From positions 1-46,020 of the forward strand of contig CAZJRU010000001.1 of the NCBI GenBank assembly GCA_964548315.1: 46,020 bases of DNA. The letters are read 5' to 3'. The position numbers were made by a program, and so were the translations under genes. This stretch comes from an uncultured Hellea sp. (GTDB lineage Bacteria; Pseudomonadota; Alphaproteobacteria; Caulobacterales; Maricaulaceae). The number at the start of each line of letters is the position of its first letter. Position 1 is the first letter of the stretch. Under the pieces are notes generated by a model. The model saw nothing but the letters and a program-made list of their open reading frames with translations, was not told the origin of the DNA and did no database searches. Positions 38,503 through 46,020 of the stretch are shown here, one piece after another.

Positions 38503-38588
38503 TAGTCGTTTATTTTCAAATTATCATAAAACCTTAAGTCTTAAGCTTTATGAGGCATGACATCGATAGTAAGATGTGAGTGCCCCCC

Positions 38589-40121
38589 ATGACAAAATTA
38601 AATAACCGAACGCCTAAGCCTTCTATAGCGACAAACACGATTGAGTTTGAAACGCAACCATTAATAAAACCTACTGGTTTTAGAGAATATGACGCGCGTT
38701 GGTATTTTGGCTTACCAGGTGATGAGAGGGCTTCGGAATTAAACCTATATGGCGTCCAAGCTTTAGGAGAGGGCCTGGGCACGCTAATGTATGAGCGGGG
38801 CGTCGACCCTAAGATAGCTGTTGGCCATGATTTTCGGCATTATTCCTTAGGTATAAAACAAGCTTTGATGCTGGGCCTTATGAATGCGGGTATTGAGGTG
38901 TTGGATATTGGACTTGCGCTTTCCCCGACAGCCTATTTCGCACAATTCCATCTTGATTGCCCTGGTGTTGCTATGGTCACAGCGAGTCATAACTCAAATG
39001 GCTGGACAGGCGTTAAAATGGGAATTGAGCCTCCGTTGACGTTTGGCCCAGATGAAATGAGCCGTTTAAAAGAAATCGTACTTGGGACTCAAAGCCGCGT
39101 TAGGGCAGGGGGCTCGTATAAATATGTTGATGGCGTGCGTCAGGCTTTCATCGACGATTTGGTCAAAGGTGTTCAGCTTAAAAATAAAATTAAAGTCGTT
39201 GCGGCTTGCGGTAACGGTACCGCTGGAGCTTTTGCTGAAGAGGTATTAACCGGTATAGGCGCAGAGGTTGTCGCCGTAGAGTGCGACCTTGATTATACGT
39301 TTCCGAACTATAACCCAAACCCAGAAGACATGAAAATGCTTCACGCTATGCGCGATAGTTGCCTTGAACATAAGGCCGATGTTGCTCTCGGCTTTGATGG
39401 TGATGGGGATCGATGCGGCGTGGTAGATAATGAAGGCGAAGAAATATTTGCTGATAAGGTTGGCGTCATGTTAGCGCGAGATTTATCCGCGCTGTATCCA
39501 AATGCGCAATTTGTCGCCGATGTGAAATCCACAGGCTTATTCATGACGGACCCCGTTTTGTTAAAAAATGGGGCGAAAACAGATTATTACAAAACAGGCC
39601 ATTCTTACATTAAAAGACGGTCTAAAGAACTTGATGCCTTAGTTGGTTTTGAAAAGTCTGGGCACTATTTTTTCAATAAGCCAATTGGAAGAGGCTATGA
39701 TTGCGGCCTAACGTCAGCAATTGCCATTTTGCAAATGTTGGATCGAAACCCAGATAAATCTATGGCGGATTTACGCCGAGCGCTCCCAAAAACATGGGGA
39801 AGCCCTACGATGTCGCCTTACTGTGCAGATGAAGAGAAATATGGTGTGGTTGATAGAATTATCAAAGATGTCCAAAAAGATGCTGCGGCAGGCATGACAA
39901 TTTTAGGACAGAAAATTGTTGATGTTAATACGGTCAACGGTGTTCGTATGACACTTGAAGATGGGACTTGGGGCTTAATGCGCGCAAGTTCCAACACGCC
40001 TAACCTTGTTGTTGTTGTGGAAAGCCCAGCATCCGAAGACAATATGATTGGTATGTTTCGCGAAATTGAGAAACGTTTATCCAAACATGATGAAATTGGC
40101 GAGTTCGACCAAAAGATATAG
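38589..40121 (+). CDS. Phosphomannomutase/phosphoglucomutase
   Basis: FREYDAR, TASHN, DGDGDR, FEKSGH, RASSN. Confidence 0.95.
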   Translation: MTKLNNRTPKPSIATNTIEFETQPLIKPTGFREYDARWYFGLPGDERASELNLYGVQALGEGLGTLMYERGVDPKIAVGHDFRHYSLGIKQALMLGLMNAGIEVLDIGLALSPTAYFAQFHLDCPGVAMVTASHNSNGWTGVKMGIEPPLTFGPDEMSRLKEIVLGTQSRVRAGGSYKYVDGVRQAFIDDLVKGVQLKNKIKVVAACGNGTAGAFAEEVLTGIGAEVVAVECDLDYTFPNYNPNPEDMKMLHAMRDSCLEHKADVALGFDGDGDRCGVVDNEGEEIFADKVGVMLARDLSALYPNAQFVADVKSTGLFMTDPVLLKNGAKTDYYKTGHSYIKRRSKELDALVGFEKSGHYFFNKPIGRGYDCGLTSAIAILQMLDRNPDKSMADLRRALPKTWGSPTMSPYCADEEKYGVVDRIIKDVQKDAAAGMTILGQKIVDVNTVNGVRMTLEDGTWGLMRASSNTPNLVVVVESPASEDNMIGMFREIEKRLSKHDEIGEFDQKI

Positions 40122-40129
40122 CTTTAAGA

Positions 40130-40158
40130 CTTGCGGTTTTCCGCGCCATACCCCATCT
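40130..40158 (+). promoter_or_regulatory. RpoH (sigma32)-type promoter of hslO
   Basis: CTTG-N17-CCCCATCT ending 7 nt before the hslO ATG. Confidence 0.7.
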
Positions 40159-40165
40159 GCCAGCC

Positions 40166-41068
40166 ATGAGCCTGCTAGATGATAACACAGATAACCATGT
40201 CACGGTTTTCCAATTAGACGGTCAACCCGTAAGGGGCCGGATAATCAGATTGGGCGATGCGCTAAATCAAGCGATCGGTACACGATATCCTGAAATCGTT
40301 GCCGGAATTTTAGGTGAAGCTATGACATTGGCCGCAATTGTGGCCTTATCCCTTAAGTTTAAAGGCCGCCTTCTTATTCAATGCCATGGCACAAATGAGG
40401 GCGCTATCAGCTTACTTTTAGCTGATTGCACAACGGATGGGGCTATTCGCGGATATGCGCGGTGGGATGAAGAAAGCCTGAAAGATATCAAATTGGATAA
40501 CCGAAACCCCGGCGCCCAAACTTTATTGGGCGGGGGGACGTTTTCGATGACGATCGACCAAGGCGCCAAGATGGATCAATATCAAGGGCTCGCCGCGATT
40601 GAAGGCGAGCGCTTATCGGAATGCGCAGAACATTATTTTGCGCAATCAGAACAAGTCCCGACCCATATTCGATTAGCTTGCGGCCAGGTACAAACTCCGG
40701 GGCAGTCAATGTCCTGGCGCGGCGGCGGGATTATGATTCAAAAAATCGCTGATGATGAGTTAAGAGGCGATACAAAAAATGCATGGGTAACCGCAAAGTC
40801 CTTATTTGGAACCGTTTCGGACGAAGAATTAATAGACCCTAATCTTGAATCAAATACGTTATTATACAGGTTGTTTCACGAGGACGGCGTTCGGGCCATT
40901 CAAACCACATCCGTTGAAGCCAAATGCACCTGTTCACGAACCCGTTTAAAAAATACTTTGAAATCTTTTGACGCCAAGGCTTTAGAAGACATGGCGGAAA
41001 ATGGTGAAATTGAAGCCAATTGTGAATTTTGCGATACCGATTATGTTTTTGAGTTAGCGGCTCTTTAA
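40166..41068 (+). CDS. hslO: Redox-regulated chaperone Hsp33
   Basis: YQG, YFAQSEQ, GGIMIQ, LLYRLFHE, zinc motif CTCS...CEFC. Confidence 0.95.
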   Translation: MSLLDDNTDNHVTVFQLDGQPVRGRIIRLGDALNQAIGTRYPEIVAGILGEAMTLAAIVALSLKFKGRLLIQCHGTNEGAISLLLADCTTDGAIRGYARWDEESLKDIKLDNRNPGAQTLLGGGTFSMTIDQGAKMDQYQGLAAIEGERLSECAEHYFAQSEQVPTHIRLACGQVQTPGQSMSWRGGGIMIQKIADDELRGDTKNAWVTAKSLFGTVSDEELIDPNLESNTLLYRLFHEDGVRAIQTTSVEAKCTCSRTRLKNTLKSFDAKALEDMAENGEIEANCEFCDTDYVFELAAL

Positions 41069-42516
41069 ACGCGCCAAAAAGCTGGCGTTAAGATAACTAA
41101 AGCCGTTACAATTTCGAGGCGGCCGATGATCATAGCTATCAGTAGCACCCATTTTGCTTGATTAGACAAAGCTTCATAAGTTCCTGCAGGTCCAATTATA
41201 TCTCCAAGGCCCGGTCCGACATTCGCAACGGCGCTCCCCGCGCCCGACCAAGCCGTTATAGGATCAATGCCAATGAGCGTTAAAATTATAGCGACTGCCG
41301 CAAAGGTCATAAAAAACAAGAAGAAATAACTCATAACCGAGTAAACGACGGCTTCTGGTAATGGCTTTCCGCCATATCTTAGAGGTACAACCGTGTTTTG
41401 CCGCGGCATTTTAAAGAGGTAACCCCGAAGGGCTTCAAACGCGACTTGGTATCTAAATATTTTTATCGAGCAGGCCGTAGAGCCCGCGCACCCGCCGATA
41501 AACATGAAAAGGAAAAAGGCCGCCATCGCAAATGGGCCCCAAGCATTATAATCCGTCGTGGCGTATCCTGTTCCTGTGACGATGGAGACGACATTAAATG
41601 CCGATTGACGTAAGGCTCTTGATTGCGCCATTTCCGAACTTAACCACAGATAAATACTCATCATTGCAATTAAAATAAAAATAGTCGCTACAAACCCTCT
41701 GACTTGAGAGTCCATAAAGGGGGCACGCCAATCCCCGCGCGTCACTAACAATAGATAAATTCCAAAGGGCATAGCTCCGGCGAGCATAAAAGCAATGCAC
41801 ACAAGATCTGCGCCATTATCCGCAAACCCGCCCATCGATGCATCTGATGTAGAATATCCCCCCGTTGCTAAAGTCGTCATGGCATGGGCCGCCGCGTCAA
41901 AACCGTTCATGCCCGTCGCCATATACCCGAACATGCATAAAAGTGTTAAGGCAACATATATGCCGCCGATACCCGCAGCGAGAGAGGCGGCACGGGGTAG
42001 AATTTTCTCGCCCATATCTGAAGACTCAAGACGGAAGAGCTGCATCCCCCCGACTTTCAGCATCGGAAGAATGGCCATGGCTGTCACAATGATACCTATG
42101 CCGCCAATCCATTGTAGAATTGCCCTCCATAATAAAACGCCCTTGGGCATATCATCTAGCCCCGTTAGGATTGTTGACCCTGTGGTCGTAATACCTGACG
42201 TCGCTTCAAACATAGCGTCTGTCAAAGTAAGGTTCATAGGATCAAGCATGAATGGGAAGGCAGCAAACCCAGACAGAGCCACCCAGCTTAAAACCGTTAA
42301 AAGAAAAGCGCCGCGCGCTCTAAGGTTTGGTTTGGGGGTGTAAGTGGCGAGAGCAAGCGCCGCGCCTAATAGCGTCGTCAAAATGCCCGAAATCCCAAAA
42401 GCGCGCCAAGACCTGTCATTATAGGCCAGGTCGACACCCATAGGGGCAAACATAGCTATCCCTAGGGCGGCTATCATTAGGCCAATAACAAAAAAAACAG
42501 GACGTAAATCCAGCAT
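41065..42516 (-). CDS. trkH: TrkH-family potassium uptake membrane protein
   Basis: Four pore loops SGITTTGS, TTLATGGYS, SIVTGTGY, SAVANVGPG; GGCAGST; GRLE. Start ATG 42516 or GTG 42522. Confidence 0.93.
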   Translation of the reverse strand: MLDLRPVFFVIGLMIAALGIAMFAPMGVDLAYNDRSWRAFGISGILTTLLGAALALATYTPKPNLRARGAFLLTVLSWVALSGFAAFPFMLDPMNLTLTDAMFEATSGITTTGSTILTGLDDMPKGVLLWRAILQWIGGIGIIVTAMAILPMLKVGGMQLFRLESSDMGEKILPRAASLAAGIGGIYVALTLLCMFGYMATGMNGFDAAAHAMTTLATGGYSTSDASMGGFADNGADLVCIAFMLAGAMPFGIYLLLVTRGDWRAPFMDSQVRGFVATIFILIAMMSIYLWLSSEMAQSRALRQSAFNVVSIVTGTGYATTDYNAWGPFAMAAFFLFMFIGGCAGSTACSIKIFRYQVAFEALRGYLFKMPRQNTVVPLRYGGKPLPEAVVYSVMSYFFLFFMTFAAVAIILTLIGIDPITAWSGAGSAVANVGPGLGDIIGPAGTYEALSNQAKWVLLIAMIIGRLEIVTALVILTPAFWRV

Positions 42517-42591
42517 GACCACGCCTTATAACAGCAACGCTAATTGTCAAATAGCTGTTTTCAATTAATTGCGTTTAAGCGCGGGTCTATT

Positions 42592-43257
42592 TTATTTTGA
42601 TTTGCGTATCGCTTCGTTGATTTGCCCTCTTAAAAGCGCAGTTTCTACCGAAGCTGAATCATAGGCGAGGGAGTTTTCAATATCAATTTTAGCTTCGTTT
42701 AAACGGCCTTGTTGAAATTTAGTATCAGCGCGGTAGCGCAGTGCTGCTGCATGTTTTGGGTCAAACACTAAAACGGAGGTGAGGTCAGTTTCTGCATATT
42801 CATAATATCCCGACATCGCATAAGCTCGAGCCCTCGCGATTCGTAGGTCGATATGATTGACTTTTAAGGTCAAACCATCTGTTGCAGATTTGTAAGCCCT
42901 GTCAGGCTTCTCTGCGACAAGCCAAAAATTTGCGGCCTCACTAAAGAAATCGGCTCGCATCTCAGACGTACCGCCATCTGAGGCTTTGGCCAAATTGTCT
43001 AGCCTATGGGCGGCCTCTGCCTCATGGCCCCGAGCGTAAAGCGCCATAGCGACACAATGTTTTGCCCGCCGTCCGCCGCCATCATCCACCCAAATCATAG
43101 CTTCCTCAAAGGCTAATTCACTATCTTCGGCAATCCGTTGTAAACAGTCATGATGTTTTTGATCAAACTGACTGGTTAAATCTTCTGAATATGCGGTGAG
43201 AGGAGATGATAGGGCTATCAAACCCAAAAACCCTAGGAGTTGTCTATATAAATGCAT
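42592..43257 (-). CDS. Exported tetratricopeptide-repeat protein
   Basis: Signal peptide; Ala-rich helical repeats (RARAYAMSG..AETDL, ALRYRA..QQG..EAK.D). Confidence 0.8.
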   Translation of the reverse strand: MHLYRQLLGFLGLIALSSPLTAYSEDLTSQFDQKHHDCLQRIAEDSELAFEEAMIWVDDGGGRRAKHCVAMALYARGHEAEAAHRLDNLAKASDGGTSEMRADFFSEAANFWLVAEKPDRAYKSATDGLTLKVNHIDLRIARARAYAMSGYYEYAETDLTSVLVFDPKHAAALRYRADTKFQQGRLNEAKIDIENSLAYDSASVETALLRGQINEAIRKSK

Positions 43258-43290
43258 ATAGCTAACTAACCAATCACATCCAGAGCAGCA

Positions 43291-44469
43291 ATGGCGATAA
43301 GCATTAAATCCCAGTCACAAATTACAGACAAAAAACAAGCGCTTCTCCTTGGAGCAGGCTATTGCGCTCGGGCCATAATACCAAAACTTATTTCGCGGGG
43401 CTATGAGGTCGTGGCGACAACACGCAGCGAAACGAAAGCCGCAGAGCTTAAGACCCTTGGGGTAATGCCGCTTATATATAAAGGACACCTCACGCAGCAC
43501 CTTGTGGATAGCCTTGGCCGGAGTGAAATTATTCTCTCCTCTATTCCGCCTGATAGTTTAGGGGACCCATTTTTAAATGCTTGCAAAGGCGCCTTAAAAG
43601 AAATGACGAACCAAATTCGCTGGGCCGGATATTTATCGGCGACAAGTGTTTATGGGGACCGTAAAGGGGGGTGGGTTTACGAAGATGAATTGTTAAGGCC
43701 AAAAACTCAGAGAGGAAAAAATAGAGCGGCGGCAGAGATTCAATGGCTGGAAACAGGACTACCTGTACATGTCTTTCGTTTAGCAGGTATTTATGGCCCA
43801 GGCCGCTCAAATTTTCGCCGCTTGCGCGAAGGCAAAGCTCGGGCTGTTATTAAGGCAGGACATGTCGTCAACCGAATTCATGTCGATGATATTGTAAGCC
43901 TTGTTCTAAAGTCTATTGAACGTCCGAACCCAGTAACAGTTTACAATGTTGCTGATGGACATCCCGCGCCGCCTCAAGATGTCATCAATTTTTCGGCCGA
44001 TTTGTTAAATCTTGGTCGTCCGCCTCAAGTCAATCATAACTCCGCACAAATTTCTGACATGGCTCGTAGTTTTTACACTGAAACGAAGAAGGTTGATATA
44101 AACCGCGCCCGAAACGAGCTAATGTGGGCCCCGCAATATGATACTTATCGAAAAGGGTTGATGGCAATTTTAAAAAAGGAACAGGGCTTTCCGAATAGTG
44201 TATGGATGAGCGGTGTTTTTAATGTCCCCAAAAATGACCTTAAAAAGATCATGGATATATTGCCGCATCACATAAAGGATAGCGTAGCTGAAAAAGGATG
44301 TATTTTCTTTCGCGTATCACAAGACGAATATAATCCCCAAAAATTTGGGGTTTTCGAGTGTTTTGACTCGGCTGTCTCTTACCAGAGGCATCAAAGCCGT
44401 GTTAAAAATAGCGAATGGTCACACGTAACACAAAATTGTCAGCGAGATTATGATATCATTGGCTTATAG
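43291..44469 (+). CDS. NAD-dependent epimerase/atypical SDR fused to a C-terminal ABM-type (putative quinol monooxygenase) domain
   Basis: LLLGAGY, YLSATSVYGD, FRLAGIYGPGR, RIHVDD, YNVAD; residues ~304-392 read AEKGCIFFRV...FECF...HQ.R...W. Confidence 0.85.
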   Translation: MAISIKSQSQITDKKQALLLGAGYCARAIIPKLISRGYEVVATTRSETKAAELKTLGVMPLIYKGHLTQHLVDSLGRSEIILSSIPPDSLGDPFLNACKGALKEMTNQIRWAGYLSATSVYGDRKGGWVYEDELLRPKTQRGKNRAAAEIQWLETGLPVHVFRLAGIYGPGRSNFRRLREGKARAVIKAGHVVNRIHVDDIVSLVLKSIERPNPVTVYNVADGHPAPPQDVINFSADLLNLGRPPQVNHNSAQISDMARSFYTETKKVDINRARNELMWAPQYDTYRKGLMAILKKEQGFPNSVWMSGVFNVPKNDLKKIMDILPHHIKDSVAEKGCIFFRVSQDEYNPQKFGVFECFDSAVSYQRHQSRVKNSEWSHVTQNCQRDYDIIGL

Positions 44470-44543
44470 TTTAAGAGGCTAAATTTATCCTTGGAGAACC
44501 GCCAGTAAGCTGGCAATATTACGGTCAAGATAGAAAGATTTTT

Positions 44544-45065
44544 ATGCCTAAGTCACCTTCCCGCCTCTCGTTAATTTCTGCCGCAGCGAAAATCTATGGG
44601 GCCAGAAGTTTCGACAATTATGCACAAATAAGATCGATTGCTGAACAAATACGTGATGGATTGTGCGAATGGTTAGAAAGCGGGAAGCAATGTGTCTTTT
44701 TAGTTCCCCCGCAGGGTGCCTTCACAGCTCAAAATTACCGATCGGGGGCATTTTCGGTTACGGGCAAAGGGTTTTTGCCTTTAGAACCGATTAGTTTTGG
44801 TTTGGCGATTAATATCTCTGGGGAAGGTGATTTTATGCGCCTAGTCCTGACATGCCGCAAAGAAGGCGATAAAATGTACATTCACGTTGATGAGGGTAAC
44901 GAAGCAGATTTGATGCTGCCGCCTTCTGATGAAGACCTCATCCAGTTTTATGAGAAAATTTACGCACATTTGATGAATTGGTTTGAGGGCCGCGTAGATC
45001 AATATGACAATGGTAGTTACGGCAACAATGATATCGGGTTTGATATTATGCGCGTTGACGATTAG
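44544..45065 (+). CDS. Hypothetical soluble protein (173 aa)
   Basis: ATG-initiated ORF filling the gap between co-oriented genes; globular composition; no motif recognised. Confidence 0.75.
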   Translation: MPKSPSRLSLISAAAKIYGARSFDNYAQIRSIAEQIRDGLCEWLESGKQCVFLVPPQGAFTAQNYRSGAFSVTGKGFLPLEPISFGLAINISGEGDFMRLVLTCRKEGDKMYIHVDEGNEADLMLPPSDEDLIQFYEKIYAHLMNWFEGRVDQYDNGSYGNNDIGFDIMRVDD

Positions 45066-45101
45066 ATAATCCCCAGCAAGAATCGATAAAAGGTTTTAAT
45101 T

Positions 45102-46020
45102 ATGGCTGCTTCTGCCGATGCTGCTCATCATGTAGTAAATATGCTTCCATTCAAGATAGCTCTAATCGGCTTTCTCGGAATTGGCGCGCAATGGCTCGCA
45201 TGGAAAATACAACGTCCTGCTATTGTTCTTATGGCCATCGCAGGTTTAATCTTTGGCCCGCTTATTGGCTGGCTTTTGGGAATGTCTTTACCTGGGCCTA
45301 TCGAGCATGGCCTTGAATTTTTTAAACTTGATCCCATTAATGATTTTGCGGACCTTTACCGCCCAATGATTGGACTGGCTGTTGCTATTATCCTTTTTGA
45401 AGGGGGAATGACGCTTAGCTTTAAGGATCTTGGAGACGCGCGTAATGCCGTGATACGCATGGTCATACTTGCCGCGCCGATAGCTTGGGTTTTGGGAGCT
45501 TGCGCGTCGCATTATATAGTTGGTTTACCTTGGGATATATCCGCGATGGTCGGGGGCTTATTCGTTGTCACTGGCCCAACCGTAATCATGCCGCTTTTGC
45601 GTCAGGCGCATCTAAAATCACGTCCAGCCAATGTTTTGAAATGGGAGGGTATTGTCAATGACCCCCTCGGGGCTCTCTTTGCGGTTGGCGGCTATGAGTT
45701 TATTCGCTTCTCACTCACTGAAGCGTCGATGTTTTGGGTTTTTTGTAAGCTGGGTTTCGCGGCGGTATTTGGAACGGTTATCGGTATTGTGTCGGGCTAT
45801 GGTTTGGCCTGGGCTTTCCGCCGAGGACATATTCCTGAATACCTCAAAGCCCCGGTTGTTATGGCTTGGGTTCTTGCAATCTACGTGCTTGCTAATGCTA
45901 TGGCGGATGAAACGGGTCTTCTTGCTGTGACGGCTATGGGTATGACCATGGCGAATACGAAATTCGCCGCCATGGTTGAAATGCGCCGCTTCAAAGAAAC
46001 CATTGCGATTATTTTGGTTT
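45102..46020 (+). CDS. Cation:proton antiporter (CPA1/NhaP-like), 3'-truncated by the window
   Basis: Not in the ORF track because there is no stop in the window. Reads MAASADAAHHVVNMLPFKIALIGFLGIGAQWLAWKIQRPAIVLMAIAGLIFGP...AIILFEGG...VTGPTVI.PLLR...KWEGIVNDPLGA. Confidence 0.9.
   Translation, partial: MAASADAAHHVVNMLPFKIALIGFLGIGAQWLAWKIQRPAIVLMAIAGLIFGPLIGWLLGMSLPGPIEHGLEFFKLDPINDFADLYRPMIGLAVAIILFEGGMTLSFKDLGDARNAVIRMVILAAPIAWVLGACASHYIVGLPWDISAMVGGLFVVTGPTVIMPLLRQAHLKSRPANVLKWEGIVNDPLGALFAVGGYEFIRFSLTEASMFWVFCKLGFAAVFGTVIGIVSGYGLAWAFRRGHIPEYLKAPVVMAWVLAIYVLANAMADETGLLAVTAMGMTMANTKFAAMVEMRRFKETIAIILV

Noticed and set aside
41795-42343. 182-aa antisense ORF within trkH, and similar antisense ORFs in leuS, rho, dnaQ and PMM
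   Set aside because: Typical antisense shadows of real genes, with no motifs.
42565-42578. TTAA-N6-TTAA near the trkH promoter
   Set aside because: Wrong spacing for a CtrA box.

Overview
Core-genome window spanning the chromosomal replication origin of an alphaproteobacterium. Gene order and protein style suggest Caulobacterales/Maricaulales-like affinity; this is an inference. The putative oriC lies in the AT-rich gap at 26920-27305 between hemE and the divergent PSRP-maf-aroE-coaE-dnaQ operon. The mnmE-mnmG-rsmG-parA-parB cluster with three perfect parS palindromes lies about 6-8 kb to the right. The left arm holds leuS-lptE-holA, rho, infC (non-canonical ATC start), prmC, queG, yggS, an IbpA-type small heat-shock gene with a sigma32-like promoter and ROSE-type thermometer, and several lipid/envelope genes. 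I saw no mobile elements, CRISPR arrays, rRNA or tRNA genes. The most unusual observations are: (1) a porin with a ~170-residue Tyr/Gly/Ser/Gln/Pro prion-like N-terminal domain, behind three evenly spaced CtrA-like boxes; (2) a two-hairpin element with anti-Shine-Dalgarno loops downstream of ibpA (candidate sRNA); (3) an SDR/epimerase fused to an ABM-type monooxygenase domain; (4) an origin with only variant DnaA boxes and a repeated GTATGATT motif. All family assignments come from motif recognition by eye, not database searches.
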